A stretch of DNA of 64,000 bases, taken from positions 704,001 to 768,000 of the forward strand of contig CAVVHS010000006.1 of the NCBI GenBank assembly GCA_963748215.1, read 5' to 3'. The translations under genes and the position numbers were made by a program. Origin of the DNA: an uncultured Gammaproteobacteria bacterium. GTDB taxonomy: Bacteria > Pseudomonadota > Gammaproteobacteria > UBA9214. Shown one piece after another: positions 29,600-40,099 of this stretch (the first letter of the stretch is position 1; every line of letters begins with the position of its first letter). Under the pieces are notes generated by a model that was not told where the DNA came from, searched no databases, and saw only the letters and a list, made by a program, of their open reading frames with translations.

Positions 29600-30570
29600 T
29601 GCGACTGTCCCGTGAAAGCGACCCGGCACCGGGTGTCCGGTTGCCTGTGCACCAACACGCACACCGCGCCCGGCACACCCTGACCGCGCGCAGCCGCATA
29701 CCCGGGCAACGGGGCATCGCACTGCTGATCGTACTGTGGATTGTGGCGCTGCTTGCGATCATAGCCGGCAGCAGCGCGGTCAGCGTAAGAACGCAGACCG
29801 CGATCGTGGACAACCTGGTTGTTTCGGCCCGCGCCCGTGCCGCGGCGCAGGCCGGGCTGCACTATGCCGCCTTCCAGCTGCTCAAGCAGAACGCCGCAGA
29901 GCGCTGGCGCACTGACGGCACCGTGTACGAGCTGGGCTATGGCGATGCCCGCCTGCGCATCACCGCGGTCGAAGAAGCTGGAAAAGTCAGCCTCAACGCC
30001 GCACCCGGCGATATGATCGGCAGGCTGTTGCGTACGGCCGGCATCGATGACGACCGCGCTGCGGCACTGGTCGATGCCATTCTGGACTGGCGTGATCCCG
30101 ATGACCTGCGGCGCATCAACGGCGCCGAACAGGATGACTACCGGGCTGCCGGCCGCAGTTACCTGCCGAGAAACAGTCCGTTTCAAAGCAACGATGAAGT
30201 GGCGCTGGTGCTGGGCATGCAACCCGACGACTTTGCCAGGATACAAGGCGCGGTGACTGCCTATTCGGGATCTGCCAGTGTTGATCCGGCCGTGGCGGTA
30301 CCGCTGGTCCGGCTTGCCCTGAACGGGGGCATACCAGGTGATACCGAGTCCGCTCAATCTGCCCTGGCCAGCACTGCGCTTGGAACCCTGCGACCCACTG
30401 CCCCGGGTTCCCTGCTCAGTGTCCATGTCGAGGCCGGGATGCCCGGTGGTGTGCGGGAGCGGTTAACGGCAGTGATCAAACTCAGGCCGGCACAACAGGG
30501 AGCGGCGTTTGCGGTGTTCGCCTGGCAGGAGCAGGCCGGGGCGATGCTCCCCGGGCGAAACGCTGATTAA
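29599..30570 (+). CDS. gspK: Minor pseudopilin GspK
   Basis: G|IALLIVLW; EAGKVSLN; AILDWRDPD; EVALVLGM. Confidence 0.9.
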   Translation: MRLSRESDPAPGVRLPVHQHAHRARHTLTARSRIPGQRGIALLIVLWIVALLAIIAGSSAVSVRTQTAIVDNLVVSARARAAAQAGLHYAAFQLLKQNAAERWRTDGTVYELGYGDARLRITAVEEAGKVSLNAAPGDMIGRLLRTAGIDDDRAAALVDAILDWRDPDDLRRINGAEQDDYRAAGRSYLPRNSPFQSNDEVALVLGMQPDDFARIQGAVTAYSGSASVDPAVAVPLVRLALNGGIPGDTESAQSALASTALGTLRPTAPGSLLSVHVEAGMPGGVRERLTAVIKLRPAQQGAAFAVFAWQEQAGAMLPGRNAD

Positions 30571-30615
30571 TACCTCTGCCTTCAAGCCTGCACACGGGAT
30601 ATATTGCAACCCTGC

Positions 30616-31161
30616 TCAGGGTCGCAAGCCCGGCAGAAGTCCGGCAGGCATGCCGTTGTTAGTACGGATCTCCTTGTCCGGTTCGAGGGCAAGCTCCAGT
30701 CGCTCCTCGCCGCGTGTGAAGGTGGCGCCCGCGCTCTGAACACGCTCGACCGTCCAGCCCTGGTGTGACATACCCTCTGCAAGCTGCAGCAGCTGGTTGT
30801 TGCCGAGATCGCGGACCACGACGATCCGCGACTCGGGGGTGATGACCACCCCTTCCAGTTGCAGACGGACAGGAGGGCCCTTCGCCACGGGCTTTTCCGA
30901 TGTCGCCGGCTCTGCGGGCGGCTGACGCCCCTCGCTGAACAACGGGCGCTCGAGGATCTCGTCGAACATCCCGATGGGGGGAGCCTTGTAGGTCATTCGG
31001 GTGAGCGGAACAGCATTGTCTGATCCCGGGCGCGACTCCGCCGGGTCGCTGATTCGGGTCTGTGTCGCGAAATACCATTCGGCCGCGACCAGGACAGCCA
31101 TCAAGGCGCAGGCCAGCAGCAGGAACGGCGTCAGTCTGTTACCAAAAGGGAGACGCTTCAT
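30616..31161 (-). CDS. gspN: T2SS clamp protein, XpsN/GspC-like
   Basis: N-terminal TM, ERPLFSEGRQP and an HR-like domain (LQLEGVVIT...GWTVERV); follows gspM. Confidence 0.65.
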   Translation of the reverse strand: MKRLPFGNRLTPFLLLACALMAVLVAAEWYFATQTRISDPAESRPGSDNAVPLTRMTYKAPPIGMFDEILERPLFSEGRQPPAEPATSEKPVAKGPPVRLQLEGVVITPESRIVVVRDLGNNQLLQLAEGMSHQGWTVERVQSAGATFTRGEERLELALEPDKEIRTNNGMPAGLLPGLRP

Positions 31162-31736
31162 GATTGATGCGGCATGTAGCCGACCAGTTCGAAATCCATG
31201 TCAAGGCTCTGCCGGGTATTGACCTTACGCTGCTGGTAACGACTGCCGAGCGCGCGCACCGACACCGAGTCCAGAAACAGAAACAGTTTATCGGTCTCGA
31301 TGCTGTAGAATACCGCCACGGCGCTCTCCAGTGTGCCGCGCATACGCACTCTCAGGGCGACGCGGGTAAATCCCTGCTCCTGCACCGGCGGTACGATCTG
31401 TGTGCTCAGGATCTCGGCCTGATTCGCCGTAACGATACGCTTCACGACCTGCTGCAGCTCGGCAGCAGCCAGCGATTCGTTGTCACTGGTCAGATAGCGC
31501 ACATCGGACACCTGCCAGCTTTTCAGCTGTTCGTAGCGCGGCTGCAGGCTCGCGCCGGCTGCAGCAACCTGCCTGAGTTGCTGCCACCGGCCCTGCAGGG
31601 CGTCGATGTTGTCCTGATAGTGGCGGTTCGCCAGCCAGAGCGGCAGCACCGTCACGCTCATGACCAGCCCGACCAGCAGGATCAGGATTGCCACAGCCGC
31701 CGCACGACGCTGCCCGTCACTCAAGGTTTCGATCAT
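31158..31736 (-). CDS. gspM: T2SS protein GspM (XpsM type)
   Basis: N-terminal TM, AAAELQQVVK...IETDKLFLFLDSVSV...FELVGY; overlaps gspL. Confidence 0.85.
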   Translation of the reverse strand: MIETLSDGQRRAAAVAILILLVGLVMSVTVLPLWLANRHYQDNIDALQGRWQQLRQVAAAGASLQPRYEQLKSWQVSDVRYLTSDNESLAAAELQQVVKRIVTANQAEILSTQIVPPVQEQGFTRVALRVRMRGTLESAVAVFYSIETDKLFLFLDSVSVRALGSRYQQRKVNTRQSLDMDFELVGYMPHQS

Positions 31737-32830
31737 GGCACCGCTCCCTCCACCACATCTGCAGACAGGTGGAAACGCTCTGCATTCGAGCGCGCGACCT
31801 GGGTAATCGGCGAGCGAAAACGTGCGTTTTGCAGGAGGGGCGAGGATTCGATGAGCGGGATAAGTGCCGCCACAGCTGTGGATTCTCCCTGCAGCTGGAC
31901 TTCCGAACCCTTGATCTCCAGCCGGTTGACCCAGGTGTCATCGGGCAGAATTCGCGTGACTTCATTCAAAATCTGCAGCGTCAGCAGCCTTGACTGCTTC
32001 ATTTCTGCCAGAAAGCGGGCCCCCGCCTGCAGCTGTTCAACCTCCTCCTGCAGCCGGCGCACCTCCGCAGCCTGTGCGACGGCTACCTGCACTTCGGGTT
32101 CGAGTGCCGTGATCAGCTGCCGCTTGTGCCACAGGGGCAATGACACGGCAGCAATCAACAAGAGCACCGTCAGCAATGCCAGCGCAGCATTGACGCGCCG
32201 CGCCATGACCGGCCTGGCTTGCCGGTACTGCTCCGGCAGCAGATTAACCGCCAGGAACTGCTGCCCCGAATCATCGCGCGTCGTGATCACATCAGGATGA
32301 AATCCGAACCTGTCGAGGGTCGCAAGCAGTTCATCCAGGACCCGGCGCGGTGCAAGCACCAGTTCGAGCGACAGGGTCGCCTTTCGAGAGTCCCGCGTGA
32401 CCAGTAAGTAATCGTAGTAGACCTGCTCGGCACGAAACGGGGTCTGACGGCTCATTTCGAAGGCAAGTACCTCGCGCAGGTTTTCTTCTGCCGCCAGCGG
32501 CAGGGTGAGCGCCTTGGTCAATACCTTGTCCTGCGGCAGACTCAGCACAATTTCACTCACACCCTCCGGTCGATTCTGTGATGCCTCATCCCCGTGCGCC
32601 AGGTCATAACGCTCGACTTCGTGCATGGCCTCTGCGCTGCCCCTGCTCACTACCAGCTCGGACTCATCCAGTTCCAGCAGCAGGCGCTGAACACGGGGCA
32701 GCACGGCGTGGCGAATGCCGGCGGGCAGCATGGTAGCGAGTTCGGCGCGCCACCAGTCCCAGAATGTACTGAAACCTCTCCCCAGGGGAGAGCTCAGCCA
32801 TGTGCGAAGATCCTGTTTTATGCTTTGCAT
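31733..32830 (-). CDS. gspL: T2SS protein GspL (PilN-domain, XpsL type)
   Basis: FWDWWRAEL, LPLAAEENLREVLAFEMSRQTPF, VNLLP, EVTRILPDDTWV. Confidence 0.88.
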   Translation of the reverse strand: MQSIKQDLRTWLSSPLGRGFSTFWDWWRAELATMLPAGIRHAVLPRVQRLLLELDESELVVSRGSAEAMHEVERYDLAHGDEASQNRPEGVSEIVLSLPQDKVLTKALTLPLAAEENLREVLAFEMSRQTPFRAEQVYYDYLLVTRDSRKATLSLELVLAPRRVLDELLATLDRFGFHPDVITTRDDSGQQFLAVNLLPEQYRQARPVMARRVNAALALLTVLLLIAAVSLPLWHKRQLITALEPEVQVAVAQAAEVRRLQEEVEQLQAGARFLAEMKQSRLLTLQILNEVTRILPDDTWVNRLEIKGSEVQLQGESTAVAALIPLIESSPLLQNARFRSPITQVARSNAERFHLSADVVEGAVP

Positions 32831-33584
32831 TTATCTGTTCATTACCGCGACTGACATGGAACACAGGTGCGGCACGTCCTGCCTGTCAAGACGGTTGCCG
32901 GCAAACCTGTAACAGTTCCGGGCACCCTGACGCTACGCTGCGGGATGTTCAATGACTGCTCCGCGCTTGCATGCGTGTCGGTCAGGCAAGGCCTGCCCTG
33001 AAAAGGCCTGCGGGCGCCCGCGTACCGGCTTGGAGTTCATTCGGAAATGGCTTCCTGCCGGTGGCATGCAAACCAGACCCTCTGTTCCATGATTTGTTCG
33101 AATTATTCTACTTAATTAATTCTTTAATATGTGCTTTTTTTCAACAGTCGCTGGTAAAGACCGCATCGACCTGCCTGAAGACAGACACCCGCGCAGGCCG
33201 ATACGGTTACCTTGCAACCCGGGTACCGGTCTGCCAGGTCGGCGCCGAACCGCGTTGCGCGGGAAATTAAGGGCAGCGCGTGACCCGGTCGATAACACAT
33301 TAACAAAAACCGTAATCCGGGCTACACTAGCGTCTTTAAGTCAGTAGATGAAATTCAACATTTAAGATTTTGATGCAAATACTGAAAGGTAGCCAGCGGC
33401 AAGCAGGTATCAGTGCAGGCATCGCAACGTGTCGGTGCGCTGTTTGACGTTCTGCCGTGCTGCCGGGCTTTGCGCGCCCGTTCGATCTGGCCACCATCCA
33501 CTCGCCGCATCGATATACACATGCCGTGATTCAGTCTGAACCCGGACAATATCCGACAGCCGTGACAGGGGGGACTCGTCAGGG

Positions 33585-35831
33585 ATGAATGAGAGCACAA
33601 CAATGTACAATAATCTGCTACACGCCATCGCTGCGGCTGGCTGTATCCTGCTGTTGGCCTCCTGCGCCACCACCCTGCCAGGCGCGACAGACACCCTGCC
33701 GTCCAGCGCACCCGTTACCCTGACTCAACCTGTCGAACCGCTTACCCGGCAGACCACAGACATACCGGAGCCTGCTGAGCCGGCAGACAGCACCGCGACT
33801 TACACGGACAGCGCCACGGCTGACAAACCTCCGGCCCAGCCCAGCATCACCCTCGGCACCGGCGTCTTCGTGGGACCCGCCGCCGCGGAACAGGCCAGCG
33901 TGTCACCCGATGCGGGCGATGTGACCCTGAACTTCGAAGAGGCAAGCCTGCGCGAATTCATCGGCGTGGTGTTTGAAAAGATTCTCCGTAAAAACTACCT
34001 CATCGATCCCCAGGTGAAGGGCACAGTCACCTTACATACCACGTACCCGGTCACCCAGGCTGATGTCCTGCCGATCGTCGAAGCGGTGTTGCAGATCAAC
34101 GGGGCCGCGCTGGTGCACGACCAGGGCATATTCAAAATTGTACCGCTGGCGGGCGCGGAAGCACAGGCGGCCTCCCCGCTGGTAGGCAAAACTACGGCAG
34201 CTGTCAGCAAGGGCTATGCCGTGCAGATCGTACCGCTGGTCCATGTCGCGGCCGCCGAAATGGAAAAGGTACTCAAGCCTTTTATCCCGCAGGGAAGCTC
34301 CATGCGTATCGATCCGGCACGCAACCTGCTGATCCTGTCCGGCCCGCAGTACCGGCTCGACCAGATCCTCGAGACAGTCAGGATTTTCGATGTCGACTGG
34401 CTCAAGGGCATGTCTTTTGGCCTGTTTACGCTGCAGTACGCCGATGCCGCCGTACTGGTCGGAGAACTGGAGAAGGTGATCGGGAGCCAGGGGCAGGCCC
34501 CCCTGTCAGGGATAGTACGGCTGACCCCCATCGACCGGCTGAATGCCATCCTGGTGGTCGCCCATAAGCCACAGCACATGGGCAAGATTCAGAAACTGAT
34601 CGAGCAGTTTGACTGGGGCCGTGAAGGCGGCGCGGGACGGCGGCTGTTTGTCTACCATTTGAAATACGGCAAAGCCGAGAATATCGCCGGGGTACTGCAA
34701 CAACTCTACACCGATACCACCACGACCACAGAACCGGACAGCGCAACCGGAATCGCTCAGCTGCCGCCCGGCCAGGGCGTCAACGCCTTCCAGCAGGCGG
34801 TGACACTCTCCTCGCCTCCGCCTCCGGTCGGCGCACCCGGGGCCGGTGGTGACTACACCGCGAGCGCCGAGCAGACGGACAGTCCAGCACCGACGACAAG
34901 CGATGCCGGGGCGTCAAGCGAGGCCACGGGCTCGGTGAACATCATTGCCGATCAGGATAACAACGCGATACTTGTCCTGGCAGGTCCGCAGGATTACCGG
35001 GCTATCGAGTCGGTAATCCGGCAACTGGATGTGCGGCCACGCCAGGTACTGATCGAGGCCACCATTGCCGAAGTGACCTTGTCACACGGACTCGACTATG
35101 GCGTGCGCTGGTTTCTGCAAAACAACAATCTCACGGTAGGTTTCAACGCCCCGCCGCCGACCGAGGCGGGAGGTGACGGCCTGACCCTGGCGATATTCAG
35201 CAACAGCGGAGATACCAAGCTGTTCGTTGATACCCTGGCTACCCGCACTGCGGTCAAGTTCCTGTCGGCGCCCCAGGTCATGGTACTGGACAACCAGACA
35301 GCGAGTATCCGCGTGGGTGACCAGATCCCGGTCACCACGCGGACCTCACAGAGCACCATCGTCGGCGGTGATACCGCGCCCCTGGTCTCGGAGGTACAGT
35401 TCCGCGACACGGGCACCCTGCTCACCGTCAAACCGCGCATCAATGCCGGCGGTCAGGTCACGCTGGAGATCAGCCAGGAAGTCAGCCTGCCGGGATCCGA
35501 GCCAGCCATCGGCGGCGGGGGCAATGTGGCTATCTCGCAGCGCACCATCGACAGCAGTGTGGTCATCCAGAGCGGGCAAACCGTCGTGCTGGGTGGGCTC
35601 ATCCTGGAGACGTCCAATAACGGTGTATCCGGGATTCCACTGCTGATGGACATCCCCTGGCTCGGTAAGCTGTTCAGCACCACGAGCGAGGACACCTTCC
35701 GCACCGAGCTGATCGTGATGATTACCCCGCGGGTCGTCGAGGACCAGAGCGCCGCGCAAGCGGTGACCGAGGAACTGCGCATGAAACTGGTCAGGCCCAG
35801 CGCATACGAGCGCGAAGTCAAGGGACTGTAA
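33585..35831 (+). CDS. gspD: T2SS secretin GspD (lipoprotein, XpsD type)
   Basis: Lipobox LLASC; VTLNFEEA; QLDVRPRQVLIEATIAEV; GIPLLMDIPWLGKLF...RTELIVMITPRV. Confidence 0.95.
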   Translation: MNESTTMYNNLLHAIAAAGCILLLASCATTLPGATDTLPSSAPVTLTQPVEPLTRQTTDIPEPAEPADSTATYTDSATADKPPAQPSITLGTGVFVGPAAAEQASVSPDAGDVTLNFEEASLREFIGVVFEKILRKNYLIDPQVKGTVTLHTTYPVTQADVLPIVEAVLQINGAALVHDQGIFKIVPLAGAEAQAASPLVGKTTAAVSKGYAVQIVPLVHVAAAEMEKVLKPFIPQGSSMRIDPARNLLILSGPQYRLDQILETVRIFDVDWLKGMSFGLFTLQYADAAVLVGELEKVIGSQGQAPLSGIVRLTPIDRLNAILVVAHKPQHMGKIQKLIEQFDWGREGGAGRRLFVYHLKYGKAENIAGVLQQLYTDTTTTTEPDSATGIAQLPPGQGVNAFQQAVTLSSPPPPVGAPGAGGDYTASAEQTDSPAPTTSDAGASSEATGSVNIIADQDNNAILVLAGPQDYRAIESVIRQLDVRPRQVLIEATIAEVTLSHGLDYGVRWFLQNNNLTVGFNAPPPTEAGGDGLTLAIFSNSGDTKLFVDTLATRTAVKFLSAPQVMVLDNQTASIRVGDQIPVTTRTSQSTIVGGDTAPLVSEVQFRDTGTLLTVKPRINAGGQVTLEISQEVSLPGSEPAIGGGGNVAISQRTIDSSVVIQSGQTVVLGGLILETSNNGVSGIPLLMDIPWLGKLFSTTSEDTFRTELIVMITPRVVEDQSAAQAVTEELRMKLVRPSAYEREVKGL

Positions 35832-36317
35832 AAACCGCCGGCTTGTACTGCGTTTGCACTGTTCCTGGCGCGTGAAACGCCTCCTGCGCCCTGACAATCC
35901 CCGGTGCGCGAATCATACCTTCACGCTGACAATTCCCATTCCCGGTGCGTGGAACGCACCCGACCCCTGGATTCCACTGGCCGGCACGGCCGGCATTACG
36001 GTCCGTGCATCCGCTAGCCCGGAATCGGGCAGTTCAAGACTCTGGGTAAAATTCAAGCAATAGCCTGGTTATGAATCAGTAGCAAGCGCCTGAATAAAAA
36101 CAGATTTTTGACAGAATTGACGGAATATTTTACAGGCATTTCTTAATATTTTTTCTACAAATATCTTGTATCTTATTGGTAGTTATCAATAATAGAAATT
36201 ATTCCGCCAGCTGCATCCGCCAGTACTGTTAATTTTCTGGACAGTTAAACCCCTGCCCGCCACACCCGCGATGCGAGATCGATCCCATTATCCTGTTTAT
36301 ACTGATAAAAATAATGA

Positions 36318-36333
36318 TGGCACATAACTTGCA
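36318..36333 (+). promoter_or_regulatory. Sigma-54 promoter
   Basis: TGGCACATAACTTGCA is a perfect -24/-12 consensus in an AT-rich region. Confidence 0.8.
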
Positions 36334-36364
36334 GTGCAACTGAGTAAAGTAAAAACGTGCTGCC

Positions 36365-36478
36365 AGGTTGCTCGGCCAGAAGCTTAGATAAGGTTCGACC
36401 CCGCACAGCAGCCCGCTAATAATAAATGTGACGTCAATAATTGATAGAAGACGTCGCCGATACAGGGGATTAACAATG
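36365..36478 (+). promoter_or_regulatory. Conserved structured 5' leader, copy 1
   Basis: Similar to 51523-51626; stem GTGACGTC/GACGTCGC, then RBS AGGGGATT and an ATG. Confidence 0.5.
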
Positions 36479-36851
36479 AGTCAAGCAGCCCTTGACAAGT
36501 GTTGCATGCAAAGGCTGACAGGATCGTTTGACCAACCTTCTGTCGCAGGCTATCTCTTTTCACGAGCTACATGCCGCAATACACACGGCAGCACCATTAC
36601 CACCGCCGTTCGTCATGCAAACGCCCACGACACAGGCTCCTGGCCTGGCCACACGTGTCCAGCCCTCAGACCCGACCGTCAGGCTACTTCTATGAAAATT
36701 TCCTGCCAGCGACAAACTGCCACACTGTCAGAAATGTCTGTCATAAATGGCAGGCAGGAACAAAAAACAGAGCAAAATAATTAAAAGCCAATCTTTTTCT
36801 AACTACTTTTTTATATGAGTTTTACTAACTTAATACCTGATGACTCCGACT

Positions 36852-36867
36852 TGGCACTGTTATTGCC
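36852..36867 (+). promoter_or_regulatory. Sigma-54 promoter upstream of the peroxidase operon
   Basis: TGGCACTGTTATTGCC. Confidence 0.75.
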
Positions 36868-37075
36868 TGAGGGGACTTACAAAGCTGCCATTGATGAGAC
36901 TTTGTCACGCACATGAGACGTTATGGCAACGATACGGAAGAACGAATAGCAAGCCACGCTGGTCGTGCAGCAAGCGCGTCAGCGAGCAGCATGCCGGCAC
37001 CAGGGAACAACCCGTTGCCGGCTTGAATAATTAGCTAGAAACATAAAATGAAAAATCATCAAAGGGGACAGATTC

Positions 37076-39949
37076 ATGAAACACACGAAACCCATCGGAT
37101 TACAGCTCGGGTCAGTTACCACGGCGATCTCTTCACTCTTCCGTGACAGGCGCAGTGACGCCTCGACTCAATACGCCATAGCCAGCGGCTGTGCTTCGAG
37201 AAATTCGACAGGCCGCAAGAAAGGCTGTCGTCGCGTGTCAATCGTCGATTCGACCAGAGGCAGGTATCCGCGACTGGCCGCGCTTGCGCGGGTTTTTGTC
37301 GCCGCTTGCTTGTCATGCGCCACAGGCAGCGCATTCGCGGTGATCATCTCCCTTAAAAATGTCGTTGTCCCGATACCACTCGATATCGGCAACTATATGA
37401 ACAACCAGTTCGCGATGGAGCAGCTGGGCAAGGCCCTGTTCTGGGACATGCAGGTCGGCAGCGACGGTGTGCAGGCCTGCGCCACCTGTCATTTCCATGC
37501 CGGTGCGGACAACCGCACCAGAAACCAGCTCAGTCCGGGCATTCTCGCCGGAGATGACCAGTTCGGGAACAACAATGCCGGTATGACTGCACCGGCTCCG
37601 GGTTCAATGCGCGTTGACCAGGAACTGACGCCCGCCCATTTCCCGCTGCACCGCGTGACGAATCAGCATGTGACCGGCGACCCGGCATTTAACCCGTCCA
37701 ACACGGTCAGGGACACCAACGACGTCGTGTCGTCCCAGGGCGTGATGCTGCACGATTTCGTGGATATCGTCCCCGGCAATCCGGTGGATGTCGGCACGCT
37801 CATCCCGGACCCGGCATTCACCACTGCCGGTGGCACCCAGGTTCGTCGTGTGGAGCCGCGCAATACGCCCACGGTGATCAATGCCGTGTTTAATTTCGAC
37901 AATTTCTGGGACGGGCGCGCCAATAATATCTTCAACGGTAACAACCCGTTTGGCGCGGCCGATCCGCGCCAGCACGTAATTGTTAATGCTGCTGGAGTCC
38001 TGTCAACTGAGGAGCTGCGGCTGCGTCAGTCCTCCCTGGCCTCACAGGCCGTGGGACCGCCGCTGAGCGATTTCGAAATGTCCTTTCGCGGCCGCACCTG
38101 GCCCAAGATCGGCAAAAAGATGCTCAGTCTGAGACCGCTTGCCCAGCAGGCCGTTGCAGCAGATGACAGCAAGCTGGGATTCCTGTCACAGGGCGCACCC
38201 GGCGGAACCGGCCTTAACACGACCTATGCCGCCATGATCCAGGCCGCCTTCCCGCCGCAGTACTGGAACAACACCACGGTGAAGGTCACCTTCGATGCCA
38301 ACGGCGTACCCAGTTTCCTGCCGGGGCCGGCTGATCCGCTCAATACCGGTGAGTACTCCCAGATGGAAGCCAACTTCGCCTTCTTCTTCGGTGTGGCGGT
38401 ACAGATGTACGAGGCGACCCTGGTGGCCGACGACTCAAAGTTTGACCGGTTCATGGATGGCAGTGGCGCCCTGACCAACGAGGAAACCCTCGGCATGAAT
38501 GTCTTTAATGCTCAAGGCGGCTGCATCCTCTGCCATGACGGCGGCACATTGAGTGATATCGATGTGACCTTCATCCAGGGCATAGACCCGGTTACCGATA
38601 TCCCGATCCCGTTCAACCAGAACCCGATGGGCGCGAACGAGTTCATGCAGATCTCGACCGGCTTCGGCCTGTATGACGCCGGCTTCCACAACACCGGCGT
38701 GCGCCCGCAGGGCAATCCGGATCCACTGGCGATCGACTTTCTGGCGGTCAATGAAGATGTAGGCCGTGGCGCCACGACCGGCCTGGGCGGCGGTATGACA
38801 GAAGTCTCCCTGTCCAAGGGAATCATCGGACTGCAGAACGAGTTCCCGGGTACGCCGCTGCCGCAAATGCCCAACCTGGATCCCCTGCCTGCGTCCATGG
38901 CGGGCTTTGTGCCGCCGCTGCCGGATGGCTTCCTGCCCTTCGACACCACGCCATTTGCTGCCAGGGTGACCAATTTCGGCGCCTTCAAGACACCCGCCAT
39001 ACGCAACATCGCACTCACCGGGCCCTACATGCACAACGGTGGCCTGTCGACCCTGCGTCAGTTAGTGGACTTCTATGTACGTGGCGGTGATTTTGCCATC
39101 ACCAACAACATGAATTTCGATTCCGAGGGTATTACCGTCCTCCCGCTGTTGCGTGACACGGGTGCGATACCCGGGCTGCCGACCCCTGAGCAACTACGGG
39201 ACGGCCTGGTGCAGTTCATGGTGGCACTGACCGATCAGCGTGTGGCTCAGGAAGCGGCCCCGTTTGATCACCCCGAGCTGTTCGTGCCCGTCACCGGTAC
39301 CGCCCCGGTCTCTCCCGGCACCCGCGATCTGCTGCTGGCCGATGTGAACGGTCCGGGGAATTTCAAGCAAGTGCGTGCCGTGGGTTCCGGCGGCCGTGGC
39401 GCGGTGGGCCTGCCGCCGCTGGGTACCTTCCTGGGTCTGAACCCGCGGAGCGCTGCCCTCGTTCCGGATGCGGATCTGGATTTGATCGCGGACGCCACAG
39501 ACAACTGCCCCGCGGTTGCCAATCCCCTCCAGGAAGACGGGGACGGCGACGGCGCCGGCGATGCCTGTGACGTCTGCCCGATCGATCCCGATAACGACAT
39601 TGACGCAGACGGTGTCTGCGGTGACATCGACAACTGCCCGCTGATCGTCAATGCGGGACAGGAAAATGATGACGCCGACACATTCGGTAATGCCTGCGAC
39701 AACTGCTCGGCAGTCACCAACGCCGACCAGCGTGATACCAACGGCGATGGTTTCGGCAACGTCTGCGATGCGGACTTCAACAACAACGGCATCGTAGACC
39801 CGACTGACTTCACCGCAGCGAAATCGCTGATTGGTCAAGTATCACCAGATCATGATCTGAATGGCAACGGTATCGTGGATCCAACCGATTTCACCTTTAC
39901 CAAGGCAAATATCGGGCAGGCTCCGGGACCCTCGGGGCTCAACCCGTAG
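37076..39949 (+). CDS. Secreted di-heme cytochrome c peroxidase/MauG-family protein with TSP3 repeats and dockerin-like tail
   Basis: LGKALFWD...ACATCH, RNTPTVINA...FWDGRA, CILCH, FKTPAIRNIALTGPYMHNG; tail DFNNNGIVDPTDF...DLNGNGIVDPTDF...PGPSGLNP. Confidence 0.9.
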   Translation: MKHTKPIGLQLGSVTTAISSLFRDRRSDASTQYAIASGCASRNSTGRKKGCRRVSIVDSTRGRYPRLAALARVFVAACLSCATGSAFAVIISLKNVVVPIPLDIGNYMNNQFAMEQLGKALFWDMQVGSDGVQACATCHFHAGADNRTRNQLSPGILAGDDQFGNNNAGMTAPAPGSMRVDQELTPAHFPLHRVTNQHVTGDPAFNPSNTVRDTNDVVSSQGVMLHDFVDIVPGNPVDVGTLIPDPAFTTAGGTQVRRVEPRNTPTVINAVFNFDNFWDGRANNIFNGNNPFGAADPRQHVIVNAAGVLSTEELRLRQSSLASQAVGPPLSDFEMSFRGRTWPKIGKKMLSLRPLAQQAVAADDSKLGFLSQGAPGGTGLNTTYAAMIQAAFPPQYWNNTTVKVTFDANGVPSFLPGPADPLNTGEYSQMEANFAFFFGVAVQMYEATLVADDSKFDRFMDGSGALTNEETLGMNVFNAQGGCILCHDGGTLSDIDVTFIQGIDPVTDIPIPFNQNPMGANEFMQISTGFGLYDAGFHNTGVRPQGNPDPLAIDFLAVNEDVGRGATTGLGGGMTEVSLSKGIIGLQNEFPGTPLPQMPNLDPLPASMAGFVPPLPDGFLPFDTTPFAARVTNFGAFKTPAIRNIALTGPYMHNGGLSTLRQLVDFYVRGGDFAITNNMNFDSEGITVLPLLRDTGAIPGLPTPEQLRDGLVQFMVALTDQRVAQEAAPFDHPELFVPVTGTAPVSPGTRDLLLADVNGPGNFKQVRAVGSGGRGAVGLPPLGTFLGLNPRSAALVPDADLDLIADATDNCPAVANPLQEDGDGDGAGDACDVCPIDPDNDIDADGVCGDIDNCPLIVNAGQENDDADTFGNACDNCSAVTNADQRDTNGDGFGNVCDADFNNNGIVDPTDFTAAKSLIGQVSPDHDLNGNGIVDPTDFTFTKANIGQAPGPSGLNP

Positions 39950-40099
39950 TTTATGGGCAGGCACGCTGACAGGTGAGGAAGAGTGACATGAATAACAGCA
40001 TGACGAACACCATTTCCGGGAGCGGAACATGAGCGCTAACGTTGATAAAACCCGGAGAAGAAATTCCCAACAGGACACAATGAACGCGGGGATACCTAC

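Noticed and set aside
36365-36478. Leader as a yybP-ykoY manganese riboswitch
   Set aside because: I cannot match that family's consensus by eye, so it is left as an unknown element.
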